A stretch of 64,000 nt of DNA from Eledone cirrhosa (lineage: Eukaryota): NCBI GenBank assembly GCA_964016885.1, contig OZ024743.1, forward strand, positions 271,436,001 to 271,500,000. The letters run 5' to 3'. A program made the translations under genes and the position numbers. This document shows positions 20,901 through 32,502 of this stretch, piece after piece; the first letter of the stretch is position 1; each line of letters opens with the position of its first letter. The notes beneath the pieces are model-generated. The model saw only the letters and a list, made by a program, of their open reading frames with translations, was not told the DNA's origin and did not search any database.

Positions 20901-23324
20901 GGTACATCTACATATGTACACGTGTGTGTATTCATATGCATACTAGTATTTCAGTATACATATGTGGATGTACATTTTTAACTTAATTGTTTAAGCGTCA
21001 GTCATACAAAAGTGAGTTACAAACGAAACGAAATTTAATTTCGTTTCGTTATTTGTTTTTATCGTCTCCGTTGAACCGGTACGTACTCACGCTCTATGCA
21101 AATTGGTCTGCCCACTACTAATTTTCATAGAAAAAGCATATAACGATATGTGCTTTCACGATTCTCTAGAGAAGCCGGAAGATAGGTAAATATTGCTGAT
21201 GAGATGTAACAACATCGAAACTAGTCCAATATTCCTTGTCTGGCTTTCTGGAGAATAGAGGAAAGGTGTTTCCTCAAAAACCAGTATGACTCTAAGAACC
21301 GGTTTGTCTGTGTGTCTACATACAGAATAGCTGGACACTCACAGTAAAGTGACCAGTGAAAACTCGGTACATCTACATATGTACACGTGTGTGTATTCAT
21401 ATGCATACCAGTATTTCAGTATACATATGTGGATGTACATTTTTAACTTAATTGTTTAAGCGTCAGTCATACAAAAGTGAGTTACAAACGAAACGAAATT
21501 TAATTTCGTTTCGTTATTTGTTTTTATCGTCTCCGTTGAACCGGTACGTACTCACGCTCTATGCAAATTGGTCTGCCCACTACTAATTTTCATAGAAAAA
21601 GCATATAACGATATGTGCTTTCACGATTCTCTAGAGAAGCCGGAAGATAGGTAAATATTGCTGATGAGATGTAACAACATCGAAACTAGTCCAATATTCC
21701 TTGTCTGGCTTTCTGGAGAATAGAGGAAAGGTGTTTCCTCAAAAACCAGTATGACTCTAAGAACCGGTTTGTCTGTGTGTCTACATACAGAATAGCTGGA
21801 CACTCACAGTAAAGTGACCAGTGAAAACTCGGTACATCTACATATGTACACGTGTGTGTATTCATATGCATACTAGTATTTCAGTATACATATGTGGATG
21901 TACATTTTTAACTTAATTGTTTAAGCGTCAGTCATACAAAAGTGAGTTACAAACGAAACGAAATTTAATTTCGTTTCGTTATTTGTTTTTATCGTCTCCG
22001 TTGAACCGGTACGTACTCACGCTCTATGCAAATTGGTCTGCCCACTACTAATTTTCATAGAAAAAGCATATAACGATATGTGCTTTCACGATTCTCTAGA
22101 GAAGCCGGAAGATAGGTAAATATTGCTGATGAGATGTAACAACATCGAAACTAGTCCAATATTCCTTGTCTGGCTTTCTGGAGAATAGAGGAAAGGTGTT
22201 TCCTCAAAAACCAGTATGACTCTAAGAACCGGTTTGTCTGTGTGTCTACATACAGAATAGCTGGACACTCACAGTAAAGTGACCAGTGAAAACTCGGTAC
22301 ATCTACATATGTACACGTGTGTGTATTCATATGCATACTAGTATTTCAGTATACATATGTGGATGTACATTTTTAACTTAATTGTTTAAGCGTCAGTCAT
22401 ACAAAAGTGAGTTACAAACGAAACGAAATTTAATTTCGTTTCGTTATTTGTTTTTATCGTCTCCGTTGAACCGGTACGTACTCACGCTCTATGCAAATTG
22501 GTCTGCCCACTACTAATTTTCATAGAAAAAGCATATAACGATATGTGCTTTCACGATTCTCTAGAGAAGCCGGAAGATAGGTAAATATTGCTGATGAGAT
22601 GTAACAACATCGAAACTAGTCCAATATTCCTTGTCTGGCTTTCTGGAGAATAGAGGAAAGGTGTTTCCTCAAAAACCAGTATGACTCTAAGAACCGGTTT
22701 GTCTGTGTGTCTACATACAGAATAGCTGGACACTCACAGTAAAGTGACCAGTGAAAACTCGGTACATCTACATATGTACACGTGTGTGTATTCATATGCA
22801 TACTAGTATTTCAGTATACATATGTGGATGTACATTTTTAACTTAATTGTTTAAGCGTCAGTCATACAAAAGTGAGTTACAAACGAAACGAAATTTAATT
22901 TCGTTTCGTTATTTGTTTTTATCGTCTCCGTTGAACCGGTACGTACTCACGCTCTATGCAAATTGGTCTGCCCACTACTAATTTTCATAGAAAAAGCATA
23001 TAACGATATGTGCTTTCACGATTCTCTAGAGAAGCCGGAAGATAGGTAAATATTGCTGATGAGATGTAACAACATCGAAACTAGTCCAATATTCCTTGTC
23101 TGGCTTTCTGGAGAATAGAGGAAAGGTGTTTCCTCAAAAACCAGTATGACTCTAAGAACCGGTTTGTCTGTGTGTCTACATACAGAATAGCTGGACACTC
23201 ACAGTAAAGTGACCAGTGAAAACTCGGTACATCTACATATGTACACGTGTGTGTATTCATATGCATACTAGTATTTCAGTATACATATGTGGATGTACAT
23301 TTTTAACTTAATTGTTTATATACA

Positions 23325-23325
<1 letters not shown>

Positions 23326-23395
<70 letters not shown>

Positions 23396-23437
23396 TATAT
23401 ATACACACATATACATATGCATATGTGTGTGTGTGTG
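23326..23437. repeat. (TA)n/(CA)n/(TG)n compound microsatellite
   Basis: Seen directly. It continues the TA tract interrupted by the 465-bp array. Confidence 0.9.
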
Positions 23438-23543
23438 AGCAGATCAGCCTGGAATCAGGTCTATAACATTTACATGGATCCTGAACCATGCATATGTGAA
23501 ATGGTCGTAACTGTGTATAATTAATGTGAAACCTCGTTTTGTT

Positions 23544-23586
<43 letters not shown>

Positions 23587-23765
23587 TAATTGTTTCTACT
23601 TTTGGCACAAGGCCAGCAATTACCCAGAACATTACTAGTACATTATTTTATCGACTCCGTAAGGATGAAAGGCAAAGTTAACCTCGGCGGGATTTGAACT
23701 TAGATCGTAAAGGGACGTAACTATGGTTGAAAGCATGGCGTCCGACCCTCTACCGATACTGCCAA
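23587..23765 (-). mobile_element. tRNA-derived SINE
   Basis: Reverse complement of the 16850 copy. Confidence 0.85.
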
Positions 23766-23972
23766 ATATATAATGACAGATATGTATATATAAATCGAGT
23801 ATATAAGATTGGAGTTGATGTGATTATATGTACTGGAGTTGATATGATTGACTAACGTATTAGAACCAGAATTTTAGCATGGTCAAGCCAAATGATCAGA
23901 ATTAGCAATACAATAATAAAAGAATATATAAAACATTTCATATTATTTTCATTGATCATTGATCAGAGGATA

Positions 23973-24160
23973 GTGGATTGGCAGTATCGGTAGAGGGTCG
24001 GACGCCATGCTTTCTAGCATAGAATTACGGCCCTTGCCATTCTAGGTTCAAATCCCGCCGAGGTGAACTTTGCCTCTCATCCTTACGGGGTCGATAAAAT
24101 AAAGTACCAGTAATGCACTGGGTAATTGCTGGCCTTGTACCAAAAGTAGAAACAATTATT
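23973..24160 (+). mobile_element. tRNA-derived SINE with a 19-bp flanking direct repeat
   Basis: SINE body, with ATTATTTTCATTGATCATT at 23942-23960 and 24155-24173. Confidence 0.85.
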
Positions 24161-24520
24161 TTCATTGATCATTCTTTTTTAGTTTTATATTAAGGAGTTA
24201 GGGATAATTAATTACAACTTAAAGAAGATGATCTTCATTCACATTTGTTGAATATACCCCAATATCCTTTGTAATTTATATTATTCCAATTAATTATAAA
24301 TAACATAGGATTTACAGAGAATTAGTAAATTTATGTAGATGCTTTACATTTACTGGGTTTATATTATGTACATATGTGAGCATGTGTGTGTGTATGTATG
24401 TGTAATGCAGGTTCTCTCTGAGACAGTACTTAAATTAAAATAGTTTGGTAGGGGATAATTCTAGTCCAAGGCAAGAGATAATGTATTTTGGTTTGGCTAA
24501 AATCAGAAAAACTAACTTAC

Positions 24521-24576
24521 TTTTTGAAACACATTCTTGGTGAGTTGAGAATTCAATTTTATTGATTCTGTTTTAT
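24521..24576 (-). CDS. Small exon of the polycystin-family gene (cytoplasmic tail)
   Basis: CTTTTTTGTTCATTTCTAG| acceptor, 56-nt open frame (D)KTESIKLNSQLTKNVFQK, |GTAAGT donor. The phase-1 start matches the previous exon. Confidence 0.7.
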
Positions 24577-25109
24577 CTAGAAATGAACAAAAAAGAGATG
24601 TCATAACAAGGTATTACTTTAAAAATATTGTTATATTATAAAAGGAAAAGGTGCTGGTCACCAGATCAGATCAAGAAAACTAGTTCGCTATAGAACACTA
24701 TTGTGGAATTTCCACCAACTGCATTGCTCAAATAGTAGAGGGCTATGAGTGCCTGACAATATTTCAGATGCCAGGCTTGGTCTTTGCTTGACCCATCTAG
24801 GAACATTTACAAATACAGTAGCCTGAGTGTTTGTTTGCACATCAACAGCCATGGCAAGCTGAATCCTCCATTAAAAGGATGTTGGCAGAAGATGGTCTGA
24901 CTGCTTGACCAGTGGGATACATCCCTTCTATAAAAAGGGAAAGAGCAGATGCTCCAATCTTGTGAGAGGAAAAAATGGGCAAGGTAGGAGGCTATATATA
25001 ATGGAAGCAATGTATGCAATCACCACTTCTGCCCAATCTTTCAGGTAGAGCTCCTTCTTGGTTCATTCATGGGTGAGATTAGCTACCCTACTCATTACCT
25101 CATCCCAGT

Positions 25110-25800
25110 TCAGTCCTTAAATCACAAACTACTGTCCTCATGGGCACTGCCCTCATACAGAGGAAAGTACTGTCAGTTTAAATCCTTATTGACACCCAAC
25201 AGACAATAGAAGATCCAATAATTATCATATTTACTATGCAAACTTTACATAACAACAACAACAATAATATTAATAATCCTGGACTCTCTAGTAATATCTG
25301 GAAATAGAAATAATCTGAATGTGGATTATGAAAACACAGAATAATTGATGCTCTAGAATGATAAATAAAACCACACAGGCAGATACATAACCGAACAGGA
25401 TTTACAAATCTATTCAACATACAGAAAATAGCCCTACTAAGCATTGCACACATATTACGAAGAGTACTTTCAATACAATAGAGATAACATCAAAAACAAC
25501 ACTGCACATGCCCAAGCCAAAGAGCTGTGCTTAGTAAAGCAGTAATAACATGTAATAAAAATAAGACTCTTAATAATAATAAAAATAATTAAAATAATAA
25601 AAAACACAGACAAATACATAGCCCAAACCCCAGGATTTACAAATATATACAGCATACAAAAGATAGCACTACTAAGCACTGCACATATATTATGAAAAGT
25701 ACTATCAATACAATAGAAGCATCAGCAAAAACTGCTTATACCCAAGGTGCACAGAGCTGTGCCAGGTAAAGCATTAATGATGCGCAATAAAAATTACAAT
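25110..25800 (+). mobile_element. Three tandem 3'-end fragments of R4/Dong-like (restriction-like endonuclease) non-LTR elements
   Basis: Translations TTVLMGTALIQRKVLSV*, NIQKIALLSIAHILRRVLSIQ* and SIQKIALLSTAHIL resemble the R4-clade terminal motif QKxxLLGTAxILRxVL. AAT/AAC repeats lie between and after them. Confidence 0.6.
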
Positions 25801-25842
25801 ATAAATAATAATAATAATAGTAATAATAAGATTAATAATAAC

Positions 25843-26388
25843 CTTTGTACAAAATCTTCTTTGATCGAAAGAGAGTAGCCATTCTGTACCAGAAATGTTT
25901 GTTGAGTTTGGAATCAAAGTAGTATTCAGATTCAAGAGCATTCATCTGTTCTTTAACAAAACTAAATGCATCATTGATAATACTGATGCAGATATTTAAC
26001 AGAATGATTGAGACTATGATGGAATAGAGGAAAAACACCAGATTTGATGTTACATTGTCTAATCTGAAAGTCTCCTTGAATTTGCCCATGGCGAGGAAAA
26101 TACGGAAGAGAGCCAAATAGGTAGATTGTAAATTGATGAAATATATAGAGACATTATTGAAAGTTATGTGAATGGCAATGGCAAACGCTGTCATTACCAA
26201 GACAAGGATAACACTGAATGAAAGAATTGATGGTAATGATATGATGATACTGGCCTTCATCAAGAACAGGTGGTAATTCAAGCTGAGTGGTTGTAATAGC
26301 TTTACAGCACAGAGTATCACACTGAATGAGAGACCAGCAAAATACAGCTCAACACTGGATAACATTGAGCTCCCCGATACATATGCAT
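25843..26388 (-). CDS. Polycystin (PKD1L/PKD2, TRPP family) cation-channel domain exon: last transmembrane helices, pore region and start of the C-tail
   Basis: TTTCAG| acceptor and G|GTTATT donor, 546 nt, phase 1/1. VKLLQPLSLNYHLFLM...AFAIAIHITF...FFLYSIIVSIILLNICISIINDAF matches the polycystin S4-S6 pattern. Confidence 0.88.
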
Positions 26389-26559
26389 CTGAAACAATAA
26401 AATTCCATATATACATACATATATACGTATATAAGTATACATACATACATGCTAAGAGTATTGCAATCACTTGTCAGATTATAGAGTTTGGTGCACTTTC
26501 ATGCTATGGCCAGCCACACAAACCTGTAACATATCCTTACCAAGTAATGCCTGTGCTTT

Positions 26560-26750
26560 GAAGGTTCTTTTAAGTGGGAAAAAGCCTTGCACTCAAGCAA
26601 TCCCACTCTCTGAGCATCGAAAACACTACCTGAAAAAGAGAACTGGTCAGCATCATCGGATGTTTCCGAAGCCGCAGGGTTTTTTTCAGAGTTTCCCTTT
26701 CCTAGAAAGGTGTTGTGATAATAACTGGGGGCCTTTCACTCTCAGGTAAA
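26560..26750 (-). mobile_element. Dispersed repeat related to 31190-31390, possibly an RTE 5' UTR fragment
   Basis: Both share TTTAAGTGGG...CTCTCTGAGC...CATCGG...GCAGG...CCTAGAA...GGGG..CTTCACTC. The 5' UTR assignment is from recalled similarity only. Confidence 0.4.
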
Positions 26751-26789
26751 AACAAAAATACAAAATAAATAAATAAAAAAAGAAAAAAA

Positions 26790-26950
26790 AAGTACTATTT
26801 GGATGGCCGTTGATTCTGCTGAGTTTATCCGCCTTTTGCCGGGTCTTGTATTTCATCCTGCAGAGTGTCCAAATATCACCCTCCTCACCAAGCAAGCTTG
26901 GTGGGGTTGCCAGTTTAGTCACCGATGACCCGACCATACATACATACATA
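26790..26950 (+). mobile_element. Short retroposon 3' fragment with a (TACA)n tail
   Basis: GC-richer segment with a CACCAAGCAAGCTTGGTG hairpin, ending in ATAC repeats. Confidence 0.35.
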
Positions 26951-27119
26951 ATAGCTGCCTCCTCGTTATTGAGTATGGCATTTGCACGAAAAAAAACAAC
27001 AACAAAAAACATAATAACGACAATAATAATAACAATATAATAAATATATATATATATATACACATACACACATATACACACACACATATATACATATACA
27101 CACACGCACGATAACAATT

Positions 27120-30100
27120 AACAGTGTTGCGATCAAATGTGGCTTTTTAGCCCAGCCAATGATCTAAAATGTCTTGCAGAGTTGGCAACCAAAACATTCA
27201 CTGGGAATAGTCGGCTGTGGTTGGATTTCATGTACTTTTGCATGTCGTTTGAGCCTTCCTGCTGATTTACATTCTCTACCACATTCTTGGCAGGCATGAT
27301 GAGTAGCATCTCCAACAGCAGCCTGGTAGTCAACCATTGGTCTCACTTTATGACTGCGAAGATGACTTTCGAGTCCAGCTTTGCTGAGGCAGAGTCTTGC
27401 ACAAATGCTGCATGTCAGCACCATAGGAGGACCTTCGCTGTCTGGAAATGCAACAGTAATGCCCTTCCTCACATCCCTCTTTACTTTCTCGTATGCAATT
27501 CTAGATGCCTTAAAGGCAACTTTCCCCTCATATACAGTCTTTCTCCAATTATTACGATCAGTAGCAACATTTTCCCATGTATCATCAGAGATGCTAGCGT
27601 CTGTCAAAGAAGCTTTCAACGAATCCTTATACCTCTTTTTTGGTTTATGTGGAGGTCGTTTTCCTTTAACTAACTCTCCATAAAAGAGTTGTTTTGGTAT
27701 TCTAGAATCCTTCATCCTGGCAAGGTGACCACTCCAACAGAGTCTTTGCTTAAGCACAAGAGCTTCTATACTGTCACACAGAGAGCTTTCCAAAATCTCA
27801 ACATCACTGATGTGGTTCCTCCAGTGAACGCCATGGATCCGTCGGAGACACATCTGATGAAAACGCTCCAATTGTTTAAGGGGGTGTCGATATGTGACCC
27901 AGGTCTCGTAGGCATAAAGAAGAGAAGAAAGCACACCTGCCTTGTAAACCATTACCTTTGTCTTCTTGCATATGTCTCGCTGACCCCAGAGTCGCTTTTC
28001 TAACTTTCCGAAAGCATCACATGCTTTCCTAATCCTGAGTGGTTGCTGTATCAATTGACAGTGCTTCCCAAGTAGACAAACTGATCAACCACTCCAAGTC
28101 GTTTACCATACACATAGATATTTGGCTCACTGTATTGCTTACCAGAGGCAGGTTGGTACATGACAATGGTTTTCTTGAGACTGACAGTCAATCCTAGGGC
28201 AGTGCAAGCATCAGAAAATGCATTCAAAATGTGCTGCATATCACTCTCTATGTGTGCTACAAGATCGCAACCATCTGTATACAAAATGTCTCTTATGATT
28301 GATGTAAATATTTTTGTTTTTGCAGCAAAGCGCCTGATGTTAAATATGCTGCCTGAGGTTTGATAAACACCATGCTCGCAATTCCTGAATGCAATAGAGA
28401 AAACCATTGCAAAGTATATGGCAAACAGAGTCGGTGCTGGAATATTCTATTTTTTACTGAGATAGGCTCCAACATGTTACCTCTGACATTAACCCAAGCC
28501 TTCATGTCATCATGGAAAGACCTAACCAAAGCAAGGAACTTATCAGGGCAACCAAGTTTCTGGAGAACCTTCCACAATGCATTTCTGTTAACAGTATCGA
28601 AAGCTTTTGTCAGAAACATGATACAGATCCAAACGTTGTTCCATGCACTTCTACTGGAGCTATCTAGCTGAGAAGATCATATCAGTAGTGCCGCGTCCAG
28701 CATGAAAACCAGCATGAAAACACAATCTGCAATGTGTGTCAGCAGACGGTCCAGAAGCACCCTACATACAATTTTTCCTCTGACAGAAAGCAATGATATA
28801 CCTCTGTAGTTTCCACAATCATTCTTGTAACCCTATCCCTTGTACAAGACCACCATTACTGCATCTCTCCAGTCCTCAGGTATGGATTCACTAACCCATA
28901 TCCTGCCAAACAAAGAGTGAAGATGTTGCAGAAGTCTCTCACCACCATATTGTAGAAGCTCTGCCTGTATGTCATCCATACCTGGAGACCTTCCACTGTT
29001 CAGCTTCGAGATAGCTACCGCAACCTCCACAAGCGTCAGGGGTTCTGCGAGAGCTACTTTCACAGGTTTTTCAAGAATGAGCTTGAGGAAATCTTCATTG
29101 ACGACAGACGGCTGATTCAAAAGTTCATCAAAGTCCTCTCGCCACCTTCATAGAATTCTTTGCCATCCTTGCTGCGAAGTGGTGTCACCAGAGAAGAAGA
29201 CGGTCCATAAACTTCATGCAAGAGACTGTACAACAGCTTTGCATTATTGGAATCTGATGCAGTTTGTATCTCATCAGCCTTCTCACTCCACCACTGATCC
29301 TTCATCTGAGAAAGACTGCCTAACACGTGATTTCACATCCTTGAGTTCCTTATGCAACATATTCTTCTCCTGTGGTTTTGCTGTCAAGTAGCGTGACAGA
29401 GTACACCTCTTATCAGCCAACAAGTCATCTATATGTTCATCATTCTCATTAAACCAGTCTTGCTGTTTTCTCTGCACCAATCCCAGAACACGCCTGCCTA
29501 CATCATAAATCGACTTTTTAAGGGTCGGCCAATCCTCACCAAGATCTGCAACATGCATCTCTTCTCGCAATGTCCTCTTCCCATTTTTATCTCTAAGATG
29601 AGCAGCATTCAATCTCCTGGGTAGGGTAACACCAGGGGCCTGGATTTTATGTTTAGTGATTAGTTTCACTTTTGCGCATACCTGGCAGTGGTCTGTCCAG
29701 CACTCAGCTCCATGAAGAGCATCCTGACAAGGACGTAGTCCAAAAGATGCAGGATGCATCCATGTGGTCTTAAATTTGTTCTTTTGCTGGAACATGGTGT
29801 TGATAACACACAGATCCAGCTCCTCTCCTCACACATCTGCAGCAGGATCATACCATTGTTGTTACACTTTCCCACCCGATGCCTTCTGATTACATTCCAT
29901 GTGTTAAAATCCTTACCCACTCTAGCATTAAAATCACCAAGCATGATGACCTTTTCTGCCTGAGGGGTATTTCTTAAAACACCTTTCAAGGCATGGTAAA
30001 AAGACACTTTTTCTTCATCGACAGAATTCATAGTTGGAGCATACACACTCACCAGGGTCGCATATCTTCCTTTGTCCAGCAGAATTCTCATGGACATAAG

Positions 30101-30505
30101 ACGCTCACTAATCCCCATTGGGAATTCTAATTTATCCACAAGAGCAATACTAACAGCAAATGCTACCCCAGACTCTCTTCTGGTTTCTTCATCTCTTCCT
30201 TTCCAGAATAATGTATATTCTTTACAAAATTCTGTAAGATGACCATCTCCAGCTAACCTCGTCTCAGATAAAGCTACGATGTCAAGATAGTAACATCGAG
30301 GCTCCTTTGCAACAAGACCAGTCCTTCGTTCAGGACATTCCAAAGAATCCCTGTCAAGCAGCGTCCATACATTCCAGCAGCCAATATTAAATGCCTTGTT
30401 TGGCTCTACTACAGTGGCACGATGACGAGCGGGCCCAGGCTGTGATACCCTGGGGCCCCTGCTCTTATTGCCAATTATCTCTTTTATATTGTTTTGGAAC
30501 ATCAT
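27120..30505 (-). mobile_element. Near full-length decayed RTE (BovB-like) LINE with C-terminal C2H2 zinc fingers
   Basis: APE (GCWNVWTL, VALSETRL, SVYAPT, LGDFNARVG, CWTDH), RT (TKAFDTVNR, degenerate LYTDG, FVYLGS), C-terminus (LLYAYETW, LCWSGHLARM, RIPKQLFYGEL) and CxxC...HxxxH fingers. Many frameshifts. Confidence 0.92.
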
Positions 30506-30526
30506 TGAATTTTGAAAAAAAAAAAG

Positions 30527-30646
30527 TAATAATAATAATAATAATTGTTTCTACTTTTGGCACAAGGCCAGCAATTATCCAGTGTATTACTGGTACTTTA
30601 TTTTATCGACCCCGTAAGGATGAAAGGCAAAGTGAACCTCGGCGGG
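30527..30646 (-). mobile_element. tRNA-derived SINE, 3' half only
   Basis: Reverse complement of the SINE 3' portion with an (AAT)n tail. Confidence 0.8.
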
Positions 30647-30681
<35 letters not shown>

Positions 30682-30682
<1 letters not shown>

Positions 30683-31118
30683 CTTTCTTTATTAACCACA
30701 AGGGTTTACACAAAGTAGACATTAAGGACAGTACAGGACAATACAGGACGATACAAATGGGCATTTCTGCGTGTAAAAAAACAAAAAACAGAGGATGTAA
30801 TAAAAGAACAATGAAAAATTCCCCAAAAGGGGGGAGACTTTCGAGGGCCATCGTGGAGAAAGCCCATTAAAAAAAGCCATGGGGACCTTGACCACCAGGG
30901 CAAGTGTCCTCTCCCAGTTTTCCACCTTCAATTTACAGGCATATACTCAGAGTAGGTCCATTCACTCGGGCCATTCTTGCCTCTCTCACCCATCTTTCAA
31001 CAAAAAGCTGGGAAGAGAGCACTTTCCTCTCTACTCTGATTTTCCTTTCCAAATGAAATTGGAAAAAGTTAATCAGGGCATCACCGAAGAGGTAAGTGCT
31101 CGTCTTCAGCCCTTTCAG
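30682..31118 (-). mobile_element. LINE 3' fragment (probably L1/Tx1-like) inserted in (AAT)n
   Basis: The minus strand reads LKGLKTSTYLFGDALINFFQFHLERKIRVERKVL/FVERWVREARMARVNGPTLSICL*, then a UTR with AATAAA. AAT repeats lie on both sides. The clade call is from recall. Confidence 0.55.
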
Positions 31119-31189
31119 AATAATAATAATAACATTATTAATAATTATTAATTAATGCAATTGTGCAATGCCTGTGCATGAAGAATATT

Positions 31190-31430
31190 TTTAAAGTGGG
31201 GAAAGACTGTGCACTGAGCCAATCCTACTCTCTGAGCGACAGTAGCTATAACCCGAAAAGAAGAAAAGATCAAAATCATCGGTAACTACTGAGCTGCAGG
31301 TTTTATGTCGGAGTTAACCCAGTTTCCTGAGATGCCTTCTCCTAGAAGAATGCCCTGACAAAGGCTAGGGGTCCTTCACTCCCAGTGGTTTAACTGCGCG
31401 ATCGGGTATCCAGCCCAATTATTTCTATGT
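31190..31430 (-). mobile_element. Possible 5' UTR of the 27120-30505 RTE, separated from it by later insertions
   Basis: The minus strand has CTAGCCTTTGTCAGGGCATTCTTCTAGGAGAAGGCA, similar to RTE 5' UTR motifs. It lies upstream of the RTE ORF and is paralogous to 26560-26750. Confidence 0.4.
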
Positions 31431-31609
31431 CCCCGCGCATAAAAAAAAATACATATATACATACATATGTATACATATATATATATATAATTATTAAGGC
31501 CAGTTATTATAATGTGCCATACCAGGTATGTACATTTTGTTTGTCTGGAGGACCAACTTGTTCAACCTGTGTTAATGAAAATGAACCTGTTCATATATGT
31601 GTGTGTGTG

Positions 31610-31649
<40 letters not shown>

Positions 31650-32318
31650 TATTGGATGGAACTACCTCACTCCTAGTTATTGCACCACAAGACTTAAGTT
31701 GAATTGGTTCGTGGTAACTTATTCTATTTTTTCCTCGGTTACTCACTTGCATGTTCCATTGTCCTATGTCCCCCCTCCATTCGATTTGCTTACTTCGTTT
31801 TTTCCTTTTTCCTCTTTCTTCTTTCTTCCTCTCTCCTCACTATTTTTTCTTTTTTTTTTCCCTCAGCCTTTTGATTGATAAAAGGCCTTGGGCGCGCTGC
31901 TGATTGCTTTCGATGACCTGTTCTAAGCGCCGAAACATCTATGATCAGCAGTTAACAGCTGATGAACGGTTTCTTCTCTTGTTTCGTTTATATTACCATC
32001 TTAAACTTTGTTTACAGTAACCACACAGCCCGCTTCGTTTCTTATAATTATATATATATATATATATATATCACATTTGGAAAACCTACTTCGTAGAATC
32101 AAGACGTATCTGAGGACCTTGCGATTTTCAGTGTCAGGTTCGATCATCACGTCGATCATGCCTCGAGCTGGTCGCCAGAGAAATGATTGTAATATGTCCA
32201 ATTAATTCCATTGGTCGCAACACTGATTCTCTCTTTTTGTGATATCATACTCTGCTCTGTGAGAGCATCGAGTGCTCAAACGGCCTACCGCTTACGGACG
32301 CTTTAAGCATCCAACACC

Positions 32319-32362
<44 letters not shown>

Positions 32363-32463
32363 GACAAACTTGTGACTTTGTGCAAACACTCGATTTACCC
32401 ACTGACAGATTCCACATCTCACTCGGAGCCAGCACCCAGATAGACATCCAGCACAAGTACATG

Positions 32464-32502
<39 letters not shown>

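Larger units (their letters stand above)
17153..23318 (+). mobile_element. Retrozyme-like insertion: inverted 423-bp unit (17153-17575) plus ~12.3 tandem 465-bp units (17575-23318), flanked by TATATACAGTA direct repeats
   Basis: Exact 465-bp period, visible in the ORF track. One hammerhead motif per unit. Direct repeat at 17144-17154 and 23317-23327. Confidence 0.88.

Noticed and set aside
17273-23266. Repeated 60-aa and 61-aa ORFs as a tandem small-protein gene cluster
   Set aside because: They are by-products of the 465-bp repeat, overlap each other, lie antisense to the ribozyme and show no recognisable motif.
25832-26470. Single-exon 212-aa membrane protein, and likewise the 194-aa ORF at 34510-35094
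   Set aside because: The ORF ends run into intronic low-complexity sequence. Splice signals define internal exons of one polycystin gene.
32090-32150. Second hammerhead candidate (CTGAGGA CCTTG...CAGG)
   Set aside because: No GAAA box follows the putative stem II and there is no stem I pairing.
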